64,000 bases of DNA from the human T2T-CHM13v2.0 reference genome, Homo sapiens (GCF_009914755.1 NC_060936.1), one strand, 5' to 3'. Shown: positions 24,136-39,166, counted from the stretch's first letter. Numbers and translations are program-made. The notes: generated by a model from the letters alone, not told the origin.

Positions 24136-25680
24136 CCTGTCCTACTCTCATTTCATGGCAGAAGCAAGTTATTTGCAATTATAAATAAACAACAAAAAAA
24201 AGCTTTTTAAAAGAAAAAAAAATCTGCTTAACATTGGGGCCCAAACATGGCAGTTTTAGTATGCTGAGGAAAACATAATTTTAAGGGCTTAGAGAGAGGT
24301 CTTTGCTTTCCTTCCACCCAAAGTATAAGAATGTTGATACTTTGGGAGCTCCAGAGAGATCAGAGCTGCTGGGACCCCACAGAGGAGGGAGTAGGGTTCA
24401 TTGTGAGAAAACAGTGCAATAGCAATACCTAAGGGAAGTGATTTTGACAGATAACACTGAAGGGCTATTAAAGCTCAGGAAGGAAGCAGGTGGCGGATGT
24501 CACATAGTATCCTGTAAAACTTATACCCAGACCTATAGGTCTGGTATAAAGTCTCCCTACAGTGCAGTTGGGGGAAAAAAATAAAAAACACATGGCTAGG
24601 AAGATATGCAATATGATCCTACATTGAAAAGTAAAGCTGTGTGTATCTATAATAATTTATAAATAGAAAATGCATAGAGAATGCAAATGTAGACAAATAT
24701 GGGCAATGATAAGAGTAGTTATCACTAGGTGATTGAATTATGTGCAATTTTAATTTTCTTTCTATAATTTTCTATTTTGGAGTTTTCCTACGATTAGGAA
24801 GAAATCATTATAAATTATGATCTTCATAATTATAATACGTTATGAAGTAGTCTATTATAATACGTAATGCATTGTAATAGAAAGCATCAAAAATATTAAG
24901 ACAATTTTTATGTTTATTCTTATTTGGTAGATAAAAATCATAAAAGACTTGGTGCATTATCCAGATCCATTGGAAAGACATCCAAGAATAGCTTTAGAAA
25001 TTCCAAAGTTACTGAATTTTCCTATTTGAATTAACACTTTCATGTATAAGGTCATGGTAATGTCCAGCATTTGGCTTCAAGTCATAGATTAAGCATTCAT
25101 AAAGTCTTTCTTGCTCTTGTTGCTGGAACGCATATTTACCTACTAATTAAACTTATTATTTTCAAAAGGAAAAGCCTGTTTATTCTTTCAAGATAAAATT
25201 TTAAAGGTTTGATTTTAATCATATTATTGCATAAATTATATAAATAACTACTTCTCCAGATGAACTTTATCTTTTATTTACCACCCAGATGCGATGGGAA
25301 AAAATTAAGAAATAAAAATTCTAGGCTATATAAAAATATTGTTAACATAACATTTTTTCTCCATTTAAATAGCAATGCAGGCACACTGCAGAGGAAATAT
25401 TTCCATATGGCATGCATAAACACGCTGGTTATTGATCCCTTAAGAGTTTCTGTGCTGTGATATGTTTGAAGACTGGGAGACTATTTCTATACAATTCCCC
25501 ACATTATTATATTTTTCCTATTACGATAATTTTTTCATTTTTAAATTTTAAATCATAGGTTTTTATTACTACTTTTTGTATCATACACTATTCTTAACCA
25601 CTATTGAAACTGTTGAATATCTTAGGCTAGTGGATGCTATTTACTTCTAAAACTAGAAAACTGATTTTTAAGAACGAGAG

Positions 25681-25784
25681 ATATGTATGTATTTATGCAA
25701 GTATGTATGTGTGTGTGTGTATATATACATACATATATATGAATGCATGTATGCACATATACATATATAGATGTACATACACAC
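25681..25784. repeat. Degenerate (TA/TG/CA)n simple repeat
   Basis: atatgtatgt...gtgtgtgtgtatatatacatacatatatat...tacacaca. Confidence 0.85.
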
Positions 25785-28700
25785 AGGAGAACATGGGGGT
25801 TATGTTTCAAAAATAAAGTAAATTATGGCAGAATGAATATCACGTACAGAGAGAAGTGACTGGGACAAAACAGGATTTGCAAGGAGAGAATATATGTGGA
25901 TTTTAGGCAAAACAGGTTAGGCTGTTTTTTTTATTCTCCACTTTCCCTTTATTTCTTAATACAACTCTATTAACATATGATTTCTCGTTATGTTTTTCAG
26001 AAGCTTAATCTCTGGAGATACTAGTAAGATTTTCTTTAAAAAAAACTTTTATGGTTAAGACATCTGGGGGAAAGCTAGATATTGTATTGCTTTTTGTGAG
26101 TCACAGAATACCTTAGAATGTTAAAGGATCTGATAATTCCCGTTGAATTTTTTCCAAACCTTTATTACAATGAAAATCTTTTAAATGTATTAATAATCTT
26201 CAACAGCATCTATAGAAACACATTATCCAATCCCTGTCTTTCATACTCACACTTATAATTTAAACAATTCCTAAGTGTTCTAATTTTTAATACTACAATT
26301 TTTCTGTTTTGCTCTCATTCCTTTTTTAAAAATATTATTTACACCTTCTTCCTATATTTCTTTTTCTGTCAATTGCTCTTGTGCCATTCTTTAACTATTT
26401 TACTCATTTATTTATTCATTTAGGTATATTTAAATCATTGTTTATTAAGTTCCTTTAACATGTTTCTTATTTCTCTTCATCCCTTTCTTTGTTGAAGATT
26501 ATCTTTTTTAAAACTTGGAGCATTTTTGGGGACCCTTCCTTCTGTTTCAATTATTTTTTCCCTTTCTTCATTTTGCAATGCGTATTTATCTGCCCCCCAA
26601 CCATCACACATACACACAGAGTTGGCTGTATGCACTGTGTGCTACCTTAGTTCTGGTTGGTTTCATCGTCACAACACTTTCACGTAAATGGCCTTGCATT
26701 TATCTCTCATACTGCAGGCTCTGAGAGGTAGGAACCATGTCTGTCCTTTTTAATGTTCCATGCTCAGACTTTATCATAATGCACAGAATATTTAGCTGTT
26801 GAATGAAAAAAAGGATGACTGATAATGTTTACCTGTTGACTGAATAAATGAATGACTGAATAATGCTACTAACATGAGTATATTCTCTAAAGATGCTTGA
26901 ACATGTTTAAACAAAGAGTTTATCATAAGTATTTCATTGTGAATACAGTTGCTGATGTAAATGTTTTTATTGTTGAGTAGTTTGGTGTTTTCCATGATTG
27001 AATAGTAATTTGTTTATGGAGACCACTGATTTCATAGAGACAGGTAAAAGCACTCGTTTGTTTGGGTTTAACAAATTTTTTACAAATATTAATCTGGATC
27101 AATCATTTATTGAGAAGTAACTTTGTACTGATTGACATACCTAATTAGAACAGTGAAAACATTTAAATATGGTTGTGTATAAAGCAGAAATTTTTTGCTT
27201 GTTAATACAGACACACAAAAAAAATCCCAAAGATAAAAGTAAAACCATTTAAATTTGAATAAGAAATGTATGATTATTAACTACATTATGTACTTAGTTT
27301 GCTTAAAAGAACAAATTAAATATGATATAAGGAACAAAAAAGCCTATTCACTAAAAGAAGATTATATCTGATTGCAGCAGCACACTAGAAATTTTAAACA
27401 CACAGAAGAACAATATCATTTTTAAAATCCTCAAGAAATGGATCACTTCATTCTAAAAAATATTAAATATTTATTATGGCCTGATAGGTTGATTCATTTG
27501 GGTAATCAATAATTAATCATTCTGAAAGCTTCAGATCCTTTATAAATATCAAAGACTTTTAGTAATTGCTTTACAAATCCTAAGTAGCATAGAGTCTACA
27601 GACTTTATATATCAAGGAAAATGAATACAAGTTAAGAAGATGGGTGCTTTAAAATGAATAAGCTAAATCCCAAATGTTCACATTTTGAAATATTTACTCT
27701 TATGAAAGAGATCAGTGTGGTGATAGAAAAGTAAAAATAATACCATTCTAGGCATAGAGAGAGCATATGTATGAGTAATAATGCCAACAGAGCAAGTCCA
27801 CTGCCAATTCGCTTTTTGAAAACATTAAATATACATCCAACACAATTAACCTGGATATATGAGGAAAGAATAAGGTACCTAAATAAATTTCACAGATTAT
27901 CACTTCAGCATTTGTACCAACCCTATTTCCCAACTATATAAGAAATATTACTATTAAATATATTAAGTTTCAATTCCTTTATATGCTCATCCTTTAACTA
28001 TAATAGCCATAATTTTGAAAATAATAACTGATATATATTTTACATTTATCAAGTATGCAATCTGCTACACCAAGAACTTTACATCTATACAATCTCATTT
28101 AATGTTCTTAATAACTTAGTGGTAGTTATTATTATAGTAAAATCCAATGACAATGTAATAACTGATTATAAAAATTTCAACTGCATAATAAATGAAGTAA
28201 TGTTATTGCAAATGTAATTAAAGGACTAGGTTGAACCTGCATAAGATTTCATGTGACGGGGTTGTGTCAAGATGAAAGATGTAGCCATTCTGGTCCCAAC
28301 TATAGCTTAGTGTCACCTGGTAACAGTTGTCAGCTCTAGCTGAAATATCTCCATGGGTCTGGGTCCTGTAGTTGGCTTGGACTTCTAGGTCATAGGCTGC
28401 AGTTTCAGGAATTTTTCAGGGTCATTTTTGGTTGACTGAGTTGAGAAAATACTGGGGACTTTGGAACTTATTCTTCCCAAAACGAGCTAGCCTGCGACTC
28501 ACCTGGCCTTTTGCTCCCATCCAAGTTTCCAACATGGCTACCCTCCACATTGGAGTAGCCATGATGAATGACAGCTAAACAGAATACTACTTGCATTATC
28601 CATATTTGTACTATCAACAGATATTAAAATAATATCAAATCTGTTTCAAGGTGAATGAAATTCGAACTTAAAGAAGTAACTTAAATCGCTCACCAAGTAA

Positions 28701-29059
28701 CCACAAATTGAAAATGAATCCTAGGACTCCTCTTTGCAGGTAGTAAAAATCAACACTAGTTAACTCGAGGAAACACAAAAGAAAAATGGTTTATTATAAG
28801 GATTCAGGTGTCATCTCTTTACATTCAAGGTCAGAATACAGTCAGGAATAAACTGGAACAACAGAATAGAGTACCACAGTGAACAAACAAACACCTCCTT
28901 CTCAGTCTTACATCTCTGCTTCTCTCTGCATGTCCATTCCGCTGTGGTTACAAATCAGATTTCTTTGCTTCCGTTCCCTACAGCAGAAATAGACATCCTC
29001 AGGTTCCAACTGTTTTTCCCATTTAAGTAATCAGATAGACCAATATTCCTCAGAGCAGC

Positions 29060-29600
29060 CTCATAGCTATGGAATTTTCCTGTTGAAATCTTTCATAAAT
29101 TTCTCATATACCCTGAATAAAATCCAACTCATTACCACAACTTACACTTTTAACAAGAAATAGTCTTGCTTATGTTTCCACATTCCTCTTCTGCTGTTCC
29201 ATCCCTTGCTCCTCCCGTAAGCCAAGCACATTCCTACCACAGAAGGCCTTTGCCTTCACAAATCCGTCTGCAAGGAAGGTGGCAAGCCTACATCTTGGCT
29301 GATTTCTTCCTGTAGTTTATATCATTTCAAGTGTCGCCTCTCAAAGAGGCTGTCCATAACCAAGATATTAAAAAGCACTCCCTCTTTAGTTACTCTTTAT
29401 TACCACGCACCGTTTTACTTTTGCATGGCACTTAACACGAATGTATGTACTTGTTTACTATCTGTGACTCCCACATAGAGTGAGTTCTTGAGAGCAGGAA
29501 TTTCATCTGTTTTCTTTACCACTATGTGCCTAGAGTGTAGAATACCTCCTGGCATATGGCAGACATTCTATACAATTTTTAATGGAATGAGTGAATCAAT
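29060..29600 (+). mobile_element. L2 LINE 3' portion
   Basis: gaataaaatccaactc...gccaagcacattcctaccacagaaggcctttgc...gagttcttgagagcagg...cctggcatatggcagacattc...gaatgagtgaatcaatg. Confidence 0.75.
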
Positions 29601-29799
29601 GTACAATATATCAGACTGGCACAGGGTAGGGCCCTTGGGCAAACCCAGAGATTCATGGAAAACTTACTGGAAGAGAAATTCCTCTTTTGTCTTTTATTCT
29701 TCACACTGAAAATCTCAGATTCTTCCAAAACTACCTTTCATGATAAGATTTCTAAATCTCACCAGCTTCACAATCCAAATGGCCATTTGACAAATTCCA

Positions 29800-30250
29800 G
29801 TTTTAAGTCTTTCTCTTAAAATAAGACTCAAAACTGAATACAATAATCCCAAAAAAGTTTGTCCAGCACAAAGACTAGATATGTACTTTGGATGATCTGT
29901 TCCTTGGATTCCTGTTAATCCAAACTGATTAGGCTCTTAGGCATTAAACTATCAAAATATCATTGGTTCAAATAGAGATGATGGTGAACTAAAATTTATA
30001 GTCACATTACTGCTGTTAAGCCTCAATCTGTACTGTGACAATTTTTTTATACCAAAGCTCTGATGTTTACCTTTATCTCATTAAATTTTGACTCTTTTAT
30101 CTCACCCTTGTATTCTAAATTATCAAGATCATTTCAAATCATCATTTTTGTCATCCATCATATTAGTTATTTCACCCAGTTCTTTGTCAGCCACAAACTA
30201 TAGCAGCAGTTACTGTCATGCTTTAAATTATTGATTAAAATGTGGCTAAT
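29800..30250 (-). mobile_element. CR1/L3 LINE remnant
   Basis: aaactgaataca...atcaagatcatttcaaatc...tgtcatcca...cccagttctttgtcagccacaaact resembles antisense CR1 RT (FADD region). Confidence 0.55.
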
Positions 30251-31159
30251 CAATATTTCTTTATTATTAAAGAAATATTAAGTTGCCTTATATTTCTTTC
30301 TTTATTGCTAAACCTGCAATAAAGAAACTAGCATCTACCTTGAAATTTATCTTTGATTTGACTGCTGTATCTGTTTTTCTACAATGATAATAAAAGATTT
30401 TGTCATATGCCTCATATATCATCAGCTTCAAAATTTTTAATGAAGTTTTCTCTACTTTTTCCAAGGTAGAGGTTTTCTAATGGATAAAAAAGACTAAAAA
30501 AAAACAAAAACAAGCAAAACTGAGGCATGTGTTTTAACATAAATGGTCATCTATTTTAACACTTGAAAATGTATTTCTTATATATAACTATTAAAAATAT
30601 AATTTAACTATGTTTAACTATGTTTTGACCCAAATAAATACTGATTTTTATTTTTGCATGTTGACATTATAATTTTAGATGCTAATTTGAAATTATTCAC
30701 ACATTTTGCTGTGCCAATGAAAGTAAAAACTTTTTGAAGCTTAAAACAAAGTAAAGATGAAATTATTTAAAAGACAAGCAACAAGTTTGAATTACTTTTT
30801 ACTAGGAAATATGAAAATCTGAAATAAATGAATAATTTTTTGAGAAAATATAGCTTACCAAGACTGACAATAAAAGATAAAAAAGGTCTAAAAAGAAAAG
30901 TTCCCCACCAAAGAATATTTTTTAAAACTATCAAAGAGATACTCTACCCTCCATAAAAAGCATAAGTCCCAGATGACTTCACAAGAAAAATTACCATGGA
31001 ATTTAATCTAATTGGGATAACAAGAAAAAGAGGAAAGCTTTCTAATATTTGTTCTGAGCTGTATCAGAAATCAATTTCCTTTATATATAAAAAAGCAACC
31101 ATTAGGAATAAATAATAGGAGAAATGACTGCAATTAAAATAATAGCAAAAATGATTAAA

Positions 31160-31532
31160 TGCCTAGGAATAATCTCAAGAAAGTTATGCTACAGTAATAA
31201 ATGCCCTCATATCTTATTGAGTTGCAAGGACAAAGATTTATTTCTCATTTATATTTCATGTCCTTGGATACTTGCCTGCTTATATGTTCCATATTTTTTT
31301 TTTCATTTTGAAACTCAAGTTGAAGGAGCATCACCTATCAAGGACATGTTCATCTCATGACAGAGGGAAAGGCTGGTGGTCCTTAGATTTCATTCAATGA
31401 GTAGCCTGTGTCCCAATTGTCATATGGTCAAAGCACGTACTATGGCCAAAACTGACATAAATGGAATGAGGAATTATAACCCTTCATATACATAGGTACA
31501 GAATAATTGGTACAACAATAACAAAATCTACC
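31160..31532 (-). mobile_element. Old MLT1 (I/J2-like) LTR
   Basis: agttatgctacagtaataaa...aaagatttatttctcattta...ggtcaaagcacgtactatggccaaaactgac...aatctacc. Confidence 0.55.
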
Positions 31533-31786
31533 CTCTGAATTTACTGTAACTGAAAATAAACCTGATTTTAAAAGAAATATACAGTTTTATCTCACTTATG
31601 ATTACTGATGCAAAATAACCAGAGAGATGATTGAAAGTCTGCTACTTAAACCAAGTGGGGTTTGTTCCAGGTATTCAAAGATTAACAACAGAAAAACTGT
31701 TAATAAAATTCATCTTGTTAATACTTGTTAACTTTTTAATAGGAAAAAAGTATGATAAACTCCATAAACACTGAAAAAGCATTTGA

Positions 31787-32100
<314 letters not shown>

Positions 32101-32867
32101 AAACACTTTTAATTTTAAAAAATCCTCCATAAAATAAGAACTGATAGGTAGTTTCTTACAACATGCCAGTGTTATACTGAATAGGAAAACACTGGAGGCA
32201 TTTAAGCTAAAGACATTGATAGGGCAAACAGGTTTCCTGACAGCACTGTAATATAACATTTTACCAGAGGTATTAAACAATGCACTGATATGAAAGAAGA
32301 AAATTAAATATATTGAAACATTAAAATAGAAGAGATTAAACTATAATTACATGTGGCTGAAATTTTTGTGTGCCTGGAAACCAAAGAAAATCAATTATAC
32401 AAGATCTACAAGAATAAGATAATTTAGTTTGGTAACTGAGTTTTCAAGTAACATCAGAAAGCAATTGTCTCCAATATAAGCAAAGAATAGCCATTAGGAA
32501 GCAAACCTACAAAGGAAGCAAAGATTGCAATTATATTAGCAATACAATGAAAAAATACCTAGGAACGAGTATAACAAGATATATACAAAGCTTACGTGAG
32601 GAAAGACTACTCGTCTGAGCTTTTAGTAAGATTTCAATGAATGATAATATTTTCCATATTTGTAATTTTAAAAACTAATTGTACAAAATAAGAGAGAAGC
32701 ATTGCCTAAAACTAGTAAAACATGAATTGAGTATTTAATAGGTTATTAAACCACACAGGTGATGTGTGAGAAAAGTAAAAATAATAACTATCAAAACATG
32801 GGAATATAGCAGAATCCAGGTTGAAGTAGAAGAGTAAGATGGAGAAATACAGAGTAAACTTCCATCT

Positions 32868-33062
32868 TTTTTAAGTTTTATTTTAATTTCAGGGGTACAT
32901 GTGCAGGTTTGTTACATAGGTAAACGTGTCACGTGAGTTTGTTGTACATATTATTTCACAAGCCAGTTATTAAGCCTAGTACCAATTTGTTATCTTTTCT
33001 GATACACTCCTTCCTCCCAACCTCACCCTCCAATCGGCCCCAGTGTGTGTTGTTCCCCTCTA
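32868..33062 (-). mobile_element. Short L1PA10-13-like 3' UTR fragment
   Basis: ttcaggggtacatgtgcaggtttgttacataggtaaac...ttaagcctagtacc...ggccccagtgtgtgttgttcccctct; short TSD atctttt on both sides. Confidence 0.88.
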
Positions 33063-34845
33063 TCTTTTCCAGAGATAATTTAATAAGTTGCTAGTAAGGT
33101 GGTATAAATATATTGTTTAGATTTTCACAGGTAGCCACCAGAAAAAAACAAAACAGAAATGCTGAAACAGTTTACCTCTGGGAAGTCCTAGCTAGAGCAG
33201 TGAGGCAAGAAAAGGAAATAAAAGGCATCCAAATAGGAACAGAAGTCAAACTATCTCTCTTTGCTGATGATATGATTCTATACCTAGAAAACCCTAGTGA
33301 CTTTACCAAAAGAATCCCGGTGCTAATAAATGAATTCAGTTATGTTTCAGGATACAAAATCAATGTACAAAAATCAGTAGCATTTCTGTACACCAATAAG
33401 GTTCAAATCAAGAATGCAATCTCATATACAATAGCCGCAAAAGAAAATAAAGTACATAGGAATACATCCAACTAAGGATGTGAAACAGCTCTATGAGAAG
33501 AACTACAGAACACTGCTGAAAGAAATCACAGATGACACAAACAAACGGAAAAGTATTCTATGCTTCATGGATTGAAAGAATCAGTATCATTAAAATGGCC
33601 ATACTGCCCAAAGCAATCTACACACTAAACGCTATTCCTATTAAGCTACCACTGTCATTTTTCACAGAACTACAGAAAACTATTCGAAAATGTATATGAA
33701 ACCAAAAAAAACAAAAAAGCTTGAATAGCCAAAGCAATCCTAAGCAAAAAGAACAAAGCTGGAGGCATCACATTACCCAACTTCAAACTATACAATAAAG
33801 TCTGCAGTAACCAATATAGTACCGGTACAAAAGCAGACACATAGACCAGTGGAAGAGAATAGAATACCCAGAAATAAAGCCACGCACCTATAGCTATCTG
33901 ATCTTCGACAAAGTCAACAACAAAAAAGCAATGGGGAAAGGACCGACTATTCAATAAATGGTGCTGGAATAGCTGGCTTGCCATATGCAGAACAATGAAA
34001 CTGGATCCCTACTTTTCACCACATATAAAAATTAATACATGAAGGATTAAAGATTTAAATGTAAGTCCTCAAATTATAAGAATACTGCAAGAAAACCTAG
34101 GAAACACCATTCTGGACATTGGCCTTTGTAGATAATTTATGACCAAGTCCTCAAAAGCAATTGTAGCAAAAACGAAAACTGACAAGGGGGACCTAATTAA
34201 ACCAAAAAGCTTCTGTTCACCAAAACAAACTATTGACAGAGTAAACAGATAACTTACAGAATGGGAGAAAATACTTACAAACTATGCATCTGACCAAGGT
34301 CTAATATCCATAATCTATAAGGAATATAAACAAAATAACAAGCAAAAAACAAATAACCCCATTTAAAAGAGGGCAAGACATGCAAGGGAAAACAAACATA
34401 TTTTTAAAAGTTCCATATCACTAACCATCAAAGAAATGCAAATCAAAACCACAATGAGATACCATCTCACACCAGTCAGAATGACTATTATTAAAAAGTC
34501 AAAAAATAACGGTTGCTAGTGAGGTTGCAGAGAAAAGGGAGTGCTTATACACTGTTGGTGGGAATGTAAATTAGTCCAAACACTGTGGAAAGCAGTTTGG
34601 AGATTTCTCAAAGAATTTAAAACAGAACTATCATTCAACCCAGCAGTCCCATTACTGGGTATATTTTCAAAAGAAAATAAGTCATTCTACCAAAATGACA
34701 CAGGAAATCTTATGTTAATCATAGCACTATTCACAGTAGCAAAGGCATGAAATCAACTTAGGAGCCCATCAACAGTATATTGGATGAAGAAAATGTGGTA
34801 CATATATATCATCAAATATTATGCAGCCATAAAAAAGAACAAAAC

Positions 34846-35243
34846 TTTCACTCGCGTCTGTGTGAAGCGACCACCAAACAGGCTTTGGGTAAGCAACAAG
34901 GCTGTTTATTTCACCTGGGTGCAGGCGGACTGAGTCCGAAAAGAGTCAGTGAAGGGAGATGGGGTGGGGCCGTTTTATAGGATTTGGGTAGGTAAAGGAA
35001 AATTACAGTCAAAGGGTGCTGTTCTCTGGTGGGCAGGGGTGGGGGTCACAAGGTGCTCAGTGGGGGAGCTTTTGAGCCAGATTGAGCCAGGAAAAGGAAT
35101 TTCACAAGGTAATATCATCAGTTAAGGCAGGAACAGGCCATTTTCACTTCTTTTGTGGTGGAATGTCATCAGTTAAGGCCGGAACCATGTATGTGCAGGT
35201 CACAGGGGATATGATGGCTTAGCTTTGGCTCAGAGGCCTGACA
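34846..35243 (-). mobile_element. HERV-H 3' LTR (LTR7)
   Basis: Minus strand tgtcaggcctctgagcc...gtgaaa; two ccttaactgatga repeats; AATAAA at 34905-34910 (minus); 12-bp deletion relative to the 5' LTR. Confidence 0.96.
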
Positions 35244-37216
35244 TTCCTGTCTTCTTATATTAATAAGAAAAATAAAACAAAATAGTATTGAAGTTTGGGG
35301 GCGGTGAAAATTTTTTTGGGGTGGTATGGAAAGACAATGGACGATGCTTCTCAGGGCTGCTTCAAGCGGGATTAGGGGTGGCTTGGGAACCTAGAGTGGG
35401 AGAGATTAAGCTGAAGGAAGATTTTGTGGTAAGGGGTGATATTGTGGGGTTGTTAGAAGAAACATTTGTTGTATAGAATTATTGGTGATGGCCTGGATAT
35501 GGTTTTGTACAAATTGAAAAACTAAATGGAATAAGACAAGGAGAAAAACAGGTATTAAAGGGCTAAGAATTGGGAGGACCTAGGACATCTAACTAGAGAG
35601 TGCCTAAGGAGGTTCAGCATAGCTGTGCCAGCAAAGATTATTTATTTACTTTGAGAGAGAGTTAAGAGTGGCGGTTTGGGGATAGCACCAGGAGATATCA
35701 GCTGTGATGGCTTAGAGAAACAGTGAAAACTGGCAGTGTAAACAACAGCAAGGCATTTATGAGTAGTTGAGAACAGTGAATAGGAGTATGACTAGACAGA
35801 AGATAGTAAGGATGACAAGTTTTTTGGGGCTCAGTCCTAGTTGGTCTGGTGTCTGGAATGAGGCTGGGGCCTAATAAAAAGAGCATCTATACAGGAGCTT
35901 AAATGGGCTGTACCTTGTAGCATTCCGAGGACAGGCTTGAATTATGAGAAGGGCAAGTGGTATTGTCCAGTCCTTTTTCAGTTGGTGACTGAGCTTGGTG
36001 AGGTGTGTTTTTAAAAGACCGTTAGTTCACTGAATACTAAGAGCCTGAGAAACTGCTTGGGTGATTTGACTAATAAAGGCCAGTCCGTTATCGGACTGTA
36101 TAGAGGTGGGAAGGCCAAACTGAGGAATATGTCTGACAGAAGGGAAGAAATGACCGTGGTGGCCTTCTTAGACCTTGTGGCAAAGGCTTCTACCTATCCA
36201 GTGAAAGTATCTACCTAGACCAAGAGGTATTTTAGTTTCCTGACTCGGGGCATGTTGAGTAAAGCCAATTTGCCAGTCCTGGGCGGCAAATCCTCAAGCT
36301 TGATGTGTAGGGAAGGGAGGGGGCCTGAATAATCCCTGAGTAGTAGAATAGCAGATGGAACACTGAGAAGTGATTTCCTTCTCAGGATAGATTTCCACGA
36401 TGAAAAGGAAATGAGAGGTTCTAAGAGGCGGGCTAGTGGCTTATACTATAGCATAGCCTGCCTTTGCTGGTGTGTGGCGATTAGGCCTGGTGGAACTGCC
36501 ATCAATAAACCAAGTGTGATCAGGGTGAGGAACAGGAAAGAAGGAAATATGGGGAAATGGGGTGAATGTCAGGTGGATCAGAGAGATACAGTCATGGGGG
36601 TCAGGTGTGGTATCAGGAATAATGTGGGAGGCCGGATTGAAGTCTGAGCCAGGAACAATGGTAATTGTGGGAGACTCAACAAAGAGTGAGTACAGCTGAA
36701 GGAGCCAGGGAGCAGAAAGTATATGTGTCAGGTGTGAGGAAGAAAATAGATTTTGGAAGTTATGAGAACTGTAGAGAGTGAGTTGAGCATAGTTTGTGAT
36801 TTTAAGGGCCTGTAAAAGTATTAGGGCAGTGGTGGCTGCAGCAAGCAGACTTGAGGGCTAGGCAAAATGGTAAGGTCTAGTTGTTTGGATAAAAAGGCTA
36901 CAGGACGCGGCCCCGGTCCTTGTGTAAAAATTCCAACTGCACAGCTCTGCACTTCAGCTGTGGGTAATGAAAGGGTTGGGATGAATCAGGGAGAGCTAGG
37001 GTGGGGGCAGTCTCTAAAGCTGTCTTCAAGAAATGGAAAGAGGAGTGGGGAAAGGATTTAGGATCTATGGGGTCAGCTAGGTTTCCTTTTGTGAGTTTAT
37101 ATAATGGTTTTGTTAGGATGGCAAAATCAGTTATCTAAAGTTGAAAGTATCTAACCATGCCTAGGAAGGAAAGGAGTTGTTGTTTTTGTAGAAGATGTTG
37201 GGGTTTGAGAGATCAG

Positions 37217-37765
37217 TCAGACACGATCGGCAGGTGCTTTTACGAGAATTATGCTGAGATAGGTAACAGATGAGGAAGAAATTTGGGCTTGACTGAAGTA
37301 ATGGGGGCTGTCTGTGAAGCCCTGTGGTAGTACAGCCCAGGTAATTTGCTGAGCCTGATGGATGTCAGGGTCAGTCCAAGTGAAAGCGAAGAGAGGCTGG
37401 GACGAAGGGAGCAAAGAAATAGTAAAGAAAGCATGTTTGAGATCTAAAACAGAATAATGGGTTGTGGAGGGAGGTATTGAGGATAGGAGAGTATATGGTT
37501 TTGGCACCACAGAGTGGATAGGTAAAACAATTTGGTTGATAAGGCGCAGATCCTGAACTAACCTGTAAGCCTTGTCTAGTTTTAGGACAGGTAAAATGGG
37601 GGAATTATAAGGGGAGTTTATAGGCTTTAAAAGGCCATGCTGTAGCAGGTGAATGATAACAGACTTTAATCCTTTTAAAGTGTGCTGTGGGATGGGATAT
37701 TGGCATTGAGCGGGGTAAGGGTGATTAGGTTTTAATGGGATAGTAAGGGGTGCATGATTGGTCAC
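37217..37765 (-). pseudogene. pol: HERV-H pol fragment (RT N-terminal half, catalytic YxDD deleted)
   Basis: QYPIP, SPYNSPILPV, YRLVQDLRLIN, YSVLDLKHAFF, LPQGFTDSPHYF, then a direct jump to QISSSSVTYL with no YxDD. Confidence 0.9.
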
Positions 37766-38304
37766 TAAGGAGGGAGTAGAGGTATCTTATACTTGTGAGT
37801 TAAGGTGGGGAGATATAAGGGGAGAATGTGAAGGAGGCTTTGAACTGGGGGAAAAGGCGGTAATGAGGTGTGGCTGTAGCCCAGGAATTTTCAGGGAAGC
37901 AGATAATTTAGTTAAAATATCTCAGCTTAATAAGGGAACTGGGCAGGTGGGGATAACTCAAAGGGAGGGCTTAAAAGAGTTGTCTAAGTTGGCACCAGAG
38001 TTGGGAAGTTTTAAGAGGTTTTAGAAGCCTGGCTGTCAATATCCACAACAGTTATGGAGGCAAGGGAAACAGGCCCTTGAAAAGGAGGTAATGTGGAGTG
38101 GGTAGCCTCCATATTGACCAAGAAGGGGACAGACTTACCCTCCACTGTGAGAGTTACCTGAAGATCGGCATCCGTGATAGTCTAGGGGGCTTCCGAGGCA
38201 ATCGGGCAGCATCAGTCTTCAGCCGCTAAGCCGAGAAGATCTGGGAAGGAGTCAGAGAGCCTTGGGCCAGAGTTCCAGGGGCTCTGGAAGTGGCTGCCAG
38301 GTGA

Positions 38305-38425
38305 GATGAACAGTCCAATTTTCAGTGGGGTCCTGCACAGATGGGACACGGCTTAGGAGGAATCCCAGGCTGTGGGCATTCCTTGGCCCAGTAGCCAGAT
38401 TTCTGACACTTGTAGCAAGCTCCTG
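38305..38425 (-). pseudogene. gag: HERV-H gag nucleocapsid zinc-knuckle remnant
   Basis: The minus strand translates to CYKCQKSGYWAKEC...PCPICAGPH*KLDC: His lost in the first knuckle, stop in the second. Confidence 0.8.
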
Positions 38426-39166
38426 GGGGAGGAGTTCTGGGGGAACACTTGGCAGCTGCTGTTCAGGTGTTTGGAGTTCTTGTTTGCTGGAGATGTGGCT
38501 AGGGTTTGTCTCACAGTGGAGGCGAGGAATTGCAACTCAGAAATACATTGCTAATTGGCTGCCTCTACTTTATTATTGTACACCTTGAAGGCGAGGTTAA
38601 GTCCTGTTATGGGGTGTGAGGGCTGGAATTTAATTTTTGGAGTTTTATTTAATGTCGGGAGCAGATTGGGTAATAAAATGTATATTGAGAATCAGATGGT
38701 CTTTTGACCTTTTAGGGTCTAGAGCTGTAAAGCATCTCAGGGTTGCTGCCAAATGAGCCATGAACTGGGCTGGGTTTTTATATTTGATGAAAAAGAGCCT
38801 AAACGCTATCTGATTTGGGATAAAGAAAAAGGAGCATTAACTTTGACTATGCCTTTAGCTCCAGCCACCTTTTTAAGAGGAACTTGCTGGGCAGGTGGGG
38901 GAGGGCTAGTCGCGGAACGAAACTGTAAGCCGTACCAGGTGTGAGGAGGGGAGGTGATAAAAGGATTATAGGGGAGGCTGAGGAAGAATTGGGACCTAGC
39001 TCCGCCTGGCGAGGGGCAGCCTGGGGAGGAGGGGAGAGGTCAGATGGATCTGTAGAAAAGGAAGATTGGAAAGAGGAAAGACTCAGTGATGCTTGGGGTT
39101 GGGACTGAGGGGACAGGTGGGAGGGAAAGAAGGAAGACGTGGGGCGAGTTGCACGGGGAACAGAGA

